A stretch of DNA of 64,000 nt from Camelus dromedarius (lineage: Eukaryota), in assembly GCF_036321535.1 (NCBI RefSeq), contig NC_087438.1, positions 11,658,001 to 11,722,000 of the forward strand. The letters are read 5' to 3'. The first letter of the stretch is position 1. Each line of letters starts with the position of its first letter. Below are positions 26,166 through 37,820 of this stretch, piece by piece. The notes under the pieces were generated by a model. That model made no database searches. It was not told the origin of the DNA and was given only the letters and a program-made list of their open reading frames with translations. Both the position numbers and the translations under genes were made by a program.

Positions 26166-27754
26166 ATTAAAATTTTTTTAGTTGAGTTTTATATTTTTAT
26201 TTACATTTCACTCACAGTTCTATTATGATTAAGTGACTTTTACCAAATGCATGTTTGTGTCTCCATCAAGATGAATACACAGTGACTGGGATACTTAACG
26301 ATAGGTGTGATATAAACCAGACAGTTTCTACCTGCCTCCCCATCTGTCTAACAAAGAACTTTCTCAGTTTCTGTCCAAACATGAGATTAATTCCAAGTTT
26401 CTGGACCAACATGAAAAATATCGTTAAAACACATGTCCTGCGTATACACAGCATCAGAGTAATAACAGTGTTATCAAGATCCATGTCACAGACCATTTCA
26501 AGCCCTGTTCATTAATTCATCTTAGAGGAACTAAACCAAATTTTGGCAAGATCCAGTCTGTTGCAAAGAAATCCTGTTTGAGACAAGATAGATATAAAAC
26601 CACAGGATAAGATTACCTACGTGCAGCTTTCACAGCGAAATCAGGCATCCATTTCTTACCCTCAGTCAGAGACACAAATGGAGCCCAAGATATTTCATCA
26701 CTCCTTCTCAAAGTTTATGAAATACAGTGCCCCCTGATGACTCCAATTTCAGGAACTGGCACTGTTTCTAAATTCTGCTTCCTCTATTTGGCTAAAAATA
26801 AATCTGTTAAAATATTAAGATGTGCCAGTAAATAGTATCATGTTTTCTCTCACCACCTGCAGCTAGTTACACTATCTTTAAAAGCATCTCTCTGCTTATT
26901 ACTATGATCAAGCACCAACAATGTCGTTTGGACCACACAGAAAATAAAATACGCTAATATAATATTATAGATTTGTATAAAATACATATTAAGGCACTAA
27001 ATGTACACATTTTACAAGGAATCAATCAGTCATTTTATTTAACTTCATTTACTGATGTATTATTGTCCAGTGTTATACACATGGCCAGGCATAGATGATG
27101 GAAAAGTAACCCCAGCCCCGATCTTGCCCTCAGGTGCCTCCTGGTATAGTGAGAGACAAAAAATATGTACACAACTGCAGAAACACAGAAAAGAGTTATG
27201 CACAAAATATGTACACAACTGCAGAAAAACAGAAACAGCCATGGCCGTTCCAAGAGTTGTGCACATTTTGGAGTGATCAGAGATGACTTAATGGACAACT
27301 GGCTTTTGGATTAGACTTAGAAAGCAAGAGAGTTCTCCATGGAGAAAATAGAAAAAACATATTCTTAGATGAGAAAGGAGTGTCATGAGCACAGGAACTG
27401 AGACAGGATTCCTGGTTTGTGCTGGGAAAACAAGAATAACTATTTGGCAGGATTACACGTGGTGAGAAGCACAGGAAGCGGGCAGACATTTGGTAACTTC
27501 AGACGTGACTAGCTCAGTTAAGACCTTGACTACCATGCTAGGGAGCATGAATGTGACTCTGTAGGCAACTGGAAGCACCTGATGAGGCTCTTAAGAAGGG
27601 GTACAGCATGCTCAGAGTCATGTAGAAAAGGTGGAACTTTAAGTATTTAAGCAAAGATTGCACACAAGGTTAATTGTTGTATTCTTTACACTTGAAGACA
27701 CTTGTGTACAATGAATTGAGTATTAATTGAAAGATGTACATATTGATAGACCTG

Positions 27755-28270
27755 GTGGTGGCAGAGACTGCTAATTGTTGCTCAATACCTATTTATCCCT
27801 TTTGTTAAAGAACTCCCAAAATTCAGCTGGTCACAGACTAACCAGAATAAGGACCACACACTTCCTAGCTTGCCCTGCAGCAAGTTGTGATCATATGACT
27901 AAGCTGTAGCCCATGGGATATAATCTAAAGTGCTGCGCACCACTTCCTGGACATGGTCCCTAGACATTTCCACGCATCTCTAGATGAGTGAGCTTTTCCT
28001 TCTCTTCCTTCCTCCTCGAATGCAGCTGTAATGTGTGGAGCTGAAGCAGCCATTTTCGGCAATAAAGATGAGCTAGGGATGAGGGTCACCTATATAGGGG
28101 CAAAAAGAATGGAAGAACCTTGACTCTGACACATGGAGCACCTGCTTAGCCCTGGAGTACCTCACTTGACATTTTCATGAAAGAAAGAAAGAAAGAAATT
28201 CTTATTTTTTCTGAGCTTCAGATATTTTGAATATTCACCCCTGGCATCTAAACCAAATCTTATCTGACAG
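27755..28270 (+). mobile_element. Old ERVL/MaLR-type LTR (LTR16/MLT1J-like)
   Basis: tgtgatcatatgactaag...gaatgcagctgtaatgtgtggagctgaagcagccatttt. Confidence 0.5.
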
Positions 28271-30632
28271 GGTTGGGAAAGTGATTCAAGGGGCTTTCTA
28301 TAGCTACACATCCAGTAAATCTGTTAGCATCACCTTAGGAACTCGAGAATTTTGTTAGGGGTGGAAAAAGCTATATTGGGCAATGCATTTAAACTTGAGA
28401 AACTACATCCAATAACTGAAGAAAGCACATTCTTTTCAAGCACACATTACACATTGACAGAAATTAACCATATATTTGGCCAAAATTCAAGTCTCAGCAA
28501 ATATTGAAAGAATGAATTTACATCAACTACGTTTTCTAATCACAAGGCTTTTAAGTGAGGAGTCAGTAACAAAAAGATAATCCTCATATGGTTACAAGTC
28601 AACCACATGATGACTTGTTAATGTCTATATCCCAACTGGATTCTAAGTCGTGTAAGAGAAACTGACAGATCAAGCTAGCCAAGAAAAGAGGGGAAATTTT
28701 GTAATGATGTGAACATAAATTTTTAAAATTAATGAACTTAATCTCAATCAAAAGCAGGCAAAGGATATGAACAGACAATTCACACTCACATACAGAAATG
28801 CCAAAGGTCGGTAAACATGGGAAGCCATATTCCACCTCACTAGTAATAAAGGAAGTGCAATTTAAAATAACAAGGTATTACTTTTATAAAACATGGATAA
28901 TTTAGTTTACTAATAATTTATAACTGATGATTTCCAGTGTTGGGGAAGATAAGAGAAGTGGCCACTGTCCTACACTGCTGATGGAGAGTCACATTAGTCC
29001 CGTGCTGACGGTGGGCGATTTGGAAGCGCCTAACAAGAGTTTACTAGCACAAACTCCATAACCCAACATTTGCACATCTGGCTCAATCTGGCAGTAATGC
29101 ACCCAATGTCTGTATAGAGTTAGCTGCAGTATTTTTATAACAGTGAAAAATTATAAACTACCTAAGTGTCCCTCAACAGGAAAACTGTTAAAAACACTGT
29201 TAGATCCATTCTGAAGAATATAATTAATACATTTAAAAAATAATACTCATACGTACTGATATACTGTCAAATGAAGGAAGCTAAAGAATAAGGCACAAAG
29301 TCAGGGGAAAACACTGTAAGTGCGCAGACATATACCTATATACATGTAAACACATTCTTCAAAAGGTACTAGAAGGCTGCAGACCAATGTTTTAAAAGTG
29401 ATTATCTGGACTGGGGTAATGAATTGGGATGAGGTCTTGGAGGTAAATAAAAAGAGGGGTTATCCATTTTCACTGGTCCCTGTATTATCTGAATTATTTA
29501 AATTTTAACATGCTTTTTAACAACATTATGTTTTCCTGAACTACTTGTGTAGTTAAAAACAGTTGAGTAAATTATTAAATTTACCCAAAATCCCATTAGT
29601 AACTTGTGGTGATCCATAAACTGGTGTTCAGGCCCCTTAACTGATTGGAAAGTGTTTTTTCATCTCCCCAAAGTGACTTAAACTTTTCTGAATTAAAGAG
29701 AGTTTGAGCGATCCTGTAAATGTGGACACAACTTAAACTGAAGCACCTCCAAGTAAGACACACTTTTCTAGATGCTCGTTCTTATCGCAAATTTTGAGAA
29801 TTAAATAAAGCAATGCCTCTTAAGTGCTTTGCACAGTGCTTGGCTCATTAGAGCTCAGCGCATGGCAGCAGTTAGTATTACCAGCCTGAATCGCTACAAG
29901 TAGTCCTTGTCGTGCGACACAAACTTTATACTAAGCGTGCTTGTTTTCTGAGCTCATCAGAGGCTCAGCCAACAGTCAGCCGGACAAAGCGTGTACGAGG
30001 GGAGATGCCGCCACACGCTCTTCACCTCCTCCGCCAGATCACTCTCAACCACACTCAAGAAATACTTTCAGTTCTGGAAATGACCTATTGGGATTTACGA
30101 AAAGTAAACTCCTGTCTAATCCACATCGCTTTCCACCGCTGCTTGCTATGCCGTCAAGTTAGTTTTAATCCATAAATATCTGTAAGTATATAAGGCAATA
30201 TATTTTTTGTACTGAATTCAAAAAGGATTTACCAGATACTTAAAAGCTAATCATTGTATAATTTAATCATTGTAAAGTCACTTTGCTGGCACTGTTTGGC
30301 TTTGATCAGACATCTAGAAGAAATTCCATCATCAGACTCTGATACCGTATGAGAAATGAGCACTCTCTACTTCTAGTGTGCTGGCCAAATTCTGACTCAC
30401 AATTGATAAGGAGTTCTGTGTTACTTTTCATATCATGGAACTGTCACTCACATATAATTAGCACCTTATTTGAAGAAAGAGCCTTGTCTTCAAACTATAA
30501 ACTAAAACTGCCTTCAATGATGGCCAATATTTCTTAGTTCTTTATGGAAATACCAATCTTATGTCAGTGTGGATCTGCTAGGAAATAGTTAAATGAATAT
30601 GTTTTAATACAGAATATGTAATGCAGATACAT

Positions 30633-30782
30633 TATTTTTTATTGAAGTAGAGTTGATTTATAATATTGTCTTAGTTTCTGGTGTACAGAAAAATGATTCA
30701 GTTATACACATATGTACATATTCTTTTTCATATTTTTTCCATTATATGGTTTATTACAGGATATTGAGTGTAGCTCCCTATA
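30633..30782 (-). mobile_element. Short L1 3' end (cetartiodactyl-type)
   Basis: ttttttattgaagtagagttgatttataat...ttagtttctggtgtacag...gattcagttatacacatatg...ttattacaggatattgagtgtagctcc. Confidence 0.8.
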
Positions 30783-33700
30783 CATTACTGATGTAAGAAT
30801 TTCTCTCCTTACTCTCTATGAAACTTTACAGCATTTCATTGAAAACTGTCCCAACTTTCTATCAATCCCTTGCTTCAACAGAGCCATAAAAATTAATCTG
30901 CTCTGCATTTTGCTAAGGGCTTAACTGCTGAAAACATTGCTATTGTCCTTGCAAAATAATTTTAACTTACTGTTTATTTCACTTAGCACATATGGTTTGT
31001 TGCTCAGAGAAAAAGACGATTACTAAGTAGCATGTCATTTTTCTCACGATATGAAAATCTCAAGAGTATTTTTATAGCTGTCCAAACTGAAACATACACT
31101 TCCAAGCTATTTAATTATAAATTAACCATGCTAATTTATGCAATTATGATCATGTTTAGCTTCATTTAAAAAGCTGTTCACTGAAATATATGTTGGCCTA
31201 TAAATACTTTACAGTTTTGATAAGGCAAAAGAACTACATGTATGTCTTTATGTAAAAGGCAGCATATATTTTTTATATATATACATGTCTGTGTGTGTAT
31301 ATATATGTGTGTGTATATATATATGTATCCACTTAAAATCCCTCACATTTTATCCCTATTTAAAATACATTTAATGAATGTTATGGCCACGTCTATCAGA
31401 AGCGTCATACTCCAGCAAGGCCCTGGCCCCACCTATGAGACTGGAAACCGCAGCGTTGAAATGGTCTTCCCTGACACAGCATAACACTCCTCTCACTAGT
31501 TACCATGCCTTCGTGCACTTCTGATAAATGGGTTACTCAGCCAAGAAGGCAGGAATAGCGTCACAAACCAAGTTCTTTGAGCTAGTTACACATTGTTCAC
31601 TTTCAGTAACTAATAGGTCATATTTTCTAAGCATCGAACCAAGAGCAACTGTGGCCTCATTGATCTGGAAAGAGCACATGTGTGCTTCCCGACAAATGAT
31701 CTGTTTGTCTAATACCCACTATGAATGTTCTTGAAATGCCTCGGACTTCTAAGATAAAATTTTATTTCCCATTTAGAAAAAGAAAATTCTACTTCTCTCT
31801 CCTTCATCTTTCCTCTGTTCCTTTTTATTTTCAGTTATTTCCAGTGGACAGAGCCTTCCCTGGGGACTTAGAACCAGAGAGACTCATCGTCCACAGTCCC
31901 TCCCCGCAGTCAGGAGGCTCGGGGACGGCCGGGGCCTCAATAGTGACTGCTTAATTAAGGCGCCCCTGGTTGTTAACTAAGAACTGAAGCCTCTTGGAAA
32001 AATTTTCTCCCTCAAGCAAGATGGCTTGCCATTAGTAAAACAATCAGCGGTAATTAAAAACCTCATTTTCAAATATAGTTCATAAGTTTTACATCATGAA
32101 AACTGCTTCTCATCTAATTCTCTTTAAAAATGTTGCCCCAAGCAAAATAAAAGGACATCTTTGAAAAAACTAGAGCCAAACGAAAGAAGCCAAAAGGCAG
32201 TCAGTTTCTCTTTCAAATAATAAAACTGTCCTAATATTTGGTCAATAGTTGTTCTTAGATACATGAATCCAAGTAAGGGATATTCTTTTTGTCTTGTTGG
32301 AAAAAATACCTAAAATACTTGATCATCAGTACATTACAGCTCTGCAGGCAGAGGTGCTAGACCTCGCAATTATCTTCTGTTTAAACTTGCTGCACCCAGA
32401 TAGTCAATGAGCAATCAGATTTTGAATGCACTCCCTAAAACAACTTTAAATGGATTTAACGTTCTGCTTGAGTTCACATGCTTTATACCCCTAAACTGTT
32501 TAAGAAGTAGTTATTCCAAAACCTCTGAACAGACTAAAATTTAACCCCCCCCCCCCATTGCAAAGTGGAATAAAAACAGAAAATGTTTTATTTAATCAAA
32601 ATCTAATCAAATCGAGGTGGGGGGAAGCACCCTTTCTGAAACAAATTAGGTGAATCATAACAGATGTCAAAGCCTTTTCAGTAACTGGAATCTGGGCCAA
32701 ATTTATTTTCAAACAAGATGGGAAAAATAGAGAAATAGTTCTAACCTAATGGAATTCTGGTCACCCTGGGTCAAATTTCAAGAACATGACTGTAGTTATC
32801 AGCAAACACTAGAGGGCGGAGTTGCATAGTGAAGTTCTAAGTTTGACATCTAACTGGGGAAAAGGATACCAATAATTAGATGCTTGCTCGTTATATTAAC
32901 CCTCAAGACCTGCCACTACTGACTTATCTTGAAAGGTTTTAAGCTTCTAACAGATGACCCAAACTAGCCCACTACAATCAAACAAACACTGGAAACCCAG
33001 GCTAGAGCTCCATGGAGAACACTTGTCCTGAGAAAGATTCCTTCCTGCACTAGTTCATAAATATAACATCTCACTTTCCATGAAATGACCATCACTTTTC
33101 TCCTAAATAAAAGATGCTTAGTGACCATGCTCATGCTTTGAAAGCTAGGGATTTTAAGTTACAGATGACATTTCCCATCAAATTTGGGGAACTGATTATT
33201 CCATTTTGGTCAATTAAGTACTATAAGCTCAAACAAAATGTTTCCATATTATTAAAAGTTTTCTGAACAGGAGGGAGTGTTCAACCTTCAAAACTCCTTT
33301 GCATTCATTCTTTGTCAATGGCAGTGATTCTAAAAAGACGGGCTTCCCAGCATCCTGTTGTACTGATTAATGGAAGCCATTTATTTCAAACAGATTTTGG
33401 AAGCCCAATGACAATTTCTGTAGTTCTAGGAGCAACGTAAAAAGTCATTCCTCCTCTTTAAGTCACTGCATGACTTTCATAGTGGCCAAGTCATGCACAA
33501 GCCACATCAATAGCTCCCAATTATATTACCTTGAAAATCACAGTCTCACACATTCATTCTCCAAATAGCCAGGTGTCCTAGATGGCATTCAGTGAGATAA
33601 CGGAGATTCTCTGCAAAACAGTCCATCTCAGAAAATGTGTGTTTTTCAACAGAAAAAAACGTATTTGTCCAAGATGAGTGTTTTTATCACTATATTTATA

Positions 33701-34249
33701 AAATATATTTATAAAAATCAATATTAAAAATAATTAAAATCCAAATGCACTGAATTTCTCATATATGATGGCTTTTATTTAAGATCCTAACCCCTTGATT
33801 ATTCTGTAGATTGCACAGTGAATGTGGCAACATAAATATTTTAAATAACTCAGGAAGAGTAAATTTAGCATCTGTGATTCTTAGAATCTAGAATGTATTT
33901 TTAGAATCTAGAATGTATTTTTCACTATTCTTTTTCTCTTAACGTCTATCTGATGGTGCTCTTTTGTCCTTTATTTTAAAACCAATGTCTTAAATATTCA
34001 CCATACTATCCAAGATATATAATGGATCAAGGAAATTGGGCCATTATGGGAGCTTTTAATATATTGATGCAAATTATAGAAATATAGGCTGCAAAATATT
34101 GACCTCTCCAGTCCATTCATGGAAAACTAAAACCCAGAATGAAATGTACTTCAGTAGGAAAACTAAGCATGGCAAACATTCACTAGTATACCTTATTTCT
34201 AGAAAGTCATATATGACAATTTCTGTCAATCAGTTTTAAAGGTCTTGCA

Positions 34250-34560
34250 TTGGTAGCCTTCCTAACCACTTTATCTAAAATTTTAACCACTCCTCTCAAC
34301 ATTTCATCTCCCGCTTCTTTGCCCAATGTTTTCCCCTTAGCACTTACTGCTAACTGATTTACTAATTATTTTACTTGGAATTTTTACTTGTATGTTATCA
34401 ATTTCCCTCTCTGGAATATACACCCTCTGAGGGCAGAGATTTTATTTCTTTTGTTTACTGTTTTATTCATCTCCAGTCCCTAGAACAGTGCCTGGCACCC
34501 AGTAAGTAATTAATAAATATTTGTTGGATTATTAAATGGATGAATAAATAAATGAAAAAA
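34250..34560 (+). mobile_element. L2 3' end
   Basis: gagggcagagatttt...cctagaacagtgcctggcaccc...aataaatatttgttg...gaataaataaatga. Confidence 0.75.
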
Positions 34561-35281
34561 ACAACAAATCCAAAACCTGGCAGAATTGTATGTGTTCCAA
34601 CTCTTGTTAGGAGTCAGAACTTAATAAACACAATCACATACCAGGAGTTTTGAAACTGTTACTTGATTTAACCTTCCCAGCAACATTAAGGAATTAATAC
34701 ACATGATATCACTGTTGGCCACACAACTTAGTATGTGGCTGAGCTAAAATTTAGACTCTGGTCTGCATATTCCAAAGTCCATGCTTTTTCCATTATGTTG
34801 CACTGACCTACATATAATCTTAACCCCTCTAGAAGGTGTGTAATAAATGTATAAAAGGATAGTTTTAAATTAAAAAGGCTAATTGTGTCAAAATACTCAT
34901 GGAGCTTTGTAGACTTGGAAGAATCAGTTGAGTATTTATGAATGGCTTTTCCATTTATTAGAAAAGCTTAGGGTTCCACAATGCCTTAGTGACTCACACC
35001 AAGTCTCAGGTGGTGGGGGGAGGACAGGATAGGAAAAAATCACATATTTCTTTCACAAATTATGGGAGAGGACTATTGCATAAATACACAGGTTAACAGA
35101 ATATTCAATAAGGGATTTAAAACACATAATTTCATACAGCACACAATCACCATGATTGCAGAATAATAGGTCTTCCTAAACTGATAACTTCATGAACAAA
35201 GCAACATCAGCAACATTTGCTGATTTTCATAAGGCTCTATTTTAGGAATAATTGCATAAAGGTCCAAACTCCCTTACCCAA

Positions 35282-35768
35282 TAATCCAACTATATGCTGT
35301 CTGCAAGAGACATACTTTAGATTAAAAAACCTAATATGTTGAAAGTAAAAAATTTAAAAAGAGATATATCATATAAGCTGAAGCAGCTATCCCAATATCT
35401 TAAAGATAAAAATTGTTACTAGAGACAAAAGACTTGTGATAAAAAAGACATTGTGATAAAAAAAGTTGATCCATCAAGAAGATGTGATATTGATACATGT
35501 ATTTACACCTAATAACAGAGTCCCAAAATATGTAAAGCAAAAACTGACAGAATCGAAGAGAGAAATGGACAATTCAACAACAATATTTGGAGACTTCAAT
35601 TCCCCACTTTCAACTAGACAGAAGAGCAAAAAAGGAACTAAAAGACATCAACAACACTATAAACTACACCAGATGGACCTTTATAGAACACAACACCAAC
35701 AACAGCAGAACACTCACTCTTCTCAAGAGCATGTGGAACTTTCTCCAGGATAGACCATATGTTAGACC
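35282..35768 (+). mobile_element. L1 ORF2 endonuclease-domain fragment
   Basis: Translation IHQEDVILIHVFTPNNRVPKYVKQKLTESKREMDNSTTIFGDFNSPLS contains the APE-type GDFN motif. Confidence 0.85.
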
Positions 35769-36559
35769 AAAATCCCTCACCTAAAACTCTTTGGGCCATA
35801 TGTGTTTCAGAATTCCAAATTGTCCAGATTTTTAAAATATGGTATGGTGTATTTTCATTGTATTATGTAATACCCCACACCCTCAGCACGATCTGGGTCA
35901 ACAGGCTATAACCAATCACAGTATTTCTATGGCAAAATATATGAACACTGTCACTACTCAAGATAAAGACTATAAATAGCATCAACTCAGGTCAGGAGAT
36001 GTTTTGTCACCAAATAAGTCACACACAAAAAAGTTTTTTAAACTCTTGCTTCTATTTTCAACACATTTTCAAATGGCTCTGCTTTTTTTCATCTCTACTG
36101 CATCATCCTAGTATGAGCCACTGCTATGTCCTTCCCATCCATCGGGGAGCATTCTAACAGCACCCCTGCTCTCAGCCCAGGCTCCCTCCAGTCCAGTCTT
36201 TACAAAGCAGCTAAAAGTGTCTGTTATTATATTACTCCTCTGCTCGAGATTCTCCAATGACTTACCATTGCTCTTAGGATGAAGCACACATTCCTCACGA
36301 TGGCCTGCGTGGGAGGGTGCACCTCTACCTCCCCATCTACTCCTCCTCACTCATGGTCCTTTTTATTCCCTTCAGCGCAACAAGCTGTTTCCTCCTGAGG
36401 GTCTTTAGTCTAGCTGCTCTCCCTTCCTGAATGCTCTTCAAAGAGTTTTTCAAAGGAAGGATCATCATCAATCAGTCTTCAGGTCCAAACTCAGATGTCA
36501 CCTCTTCATAGAAGACTTTCCCTACCCCTTCTATCTAGATGCACTTAGCCTTCTCCATG

Positions 36560-37820
36560 CTACTTTTTAAAAAATAAACTGAATTTTAGAGCAGTTTCAG
36601 ATTTACATAAAAGTTGCAAAGATAATTCAAGGAATCCCCACACAGGCTGCACACAGTTTCCCTTACTGTTACCCTCTTCCATTACTATGGCACATTTGGC
36701 ACAAATAATAAACCAACACTGGTACAGTACTATTGATGAAGCGCCACACTTTACTAGGATTTCACTAGTTCTTCCCTATGTCCTTTTTGTGTTCCAGGAT
36801 TCCATCCAGGTTATCACATTACATTCACTCATCACCTTTCCTCAGCTTCTTCTAGTCTCTGACAGTTTCTAAGACTTTCCTTGTTTTTTCTTCACAGTGT
36901 TGAAGCATACTGGTCAGGTATTTTATAGACGGTCCCTCAGTTTGGTTTGGTCTGCTGCTTTTCTCATGGTTACAACCAGGGTGACAGGTTTTTAAGGGGA
37001 AGACCACAGAGGTGAAGCAGTCTCATCACATAATATCAAAGGCACATGTTATCAACATGAACTGTCACTGTTAAACTCGGCCCCCTGGCTTAGGCAGTAC
37101 TTGCCAGGCTTGTCTACTATAAAGCTACTCCCCTTCTCCCCTTCTTACCCTGTAACCAGTTGACTCTTTGGAAACAAGTCACTAAGTACAGCCCACACTC
37201 AAGGGTCAGGGGTAGCTGAACCCCGTCTCCTGGAGGGGGCATTATATAAATAAACTATGTAGAATTCTTCTGTAAGGAAGATTTGTCTCTTTCCCTCCAT
37301 TTACTTATTCATTCAATCATTTATTTATAACAATGTGCACTCATGGATATTTATATTACAGCTTAGGTTATAATTCAATACCACATTATTTATTTCATTG
37401 ATCAAATTGTTTCAGATTTAGCCACTGGGGGCCCTTTCAGGCTGGCTCTTGTGTTCTCCTTTGCTATGCCTCATCCTTCTGTTTTTTTGAGCACCTCTTT
37501 ACTTTCTGGAACAAGATACTCCAGTCTCATCTTGTAGAAGACAAGCATCTTTTATAAGACAAGCATCTTGTATAAGACTGGTTCCTTTTACTGGAGAATG
37601 GTACTGGAAACCAAAATCTGATGCTAGGTAAGTTTATTATTACTGAGGTGTTACCATTGGGCCCTCTCAACAAATAGAGCTAAGAAATGGATATGTGTAT
37701 ACTAACCTATGTACAAGCACGTATCTATAAATATTTCTATATGTAATCTTTTGTATCTACCTTAAGCAAAACATGAGTTTATACTGATGTTTCCAACTCA
37801 GATCCAGTACCATATGGTCC
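36560..37820 (-). mobile_element. Old L1 3' region (L1MC/MD-like) nested in L2 (L2 at about 36060-36550 and 37830-38040)
   Basis: ttttagagcagtttcagatttacataaaagttgcaaagat is the reverse complement of an L1 3' end; L2 motifs lie on both sides. Confidence 0.65.
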
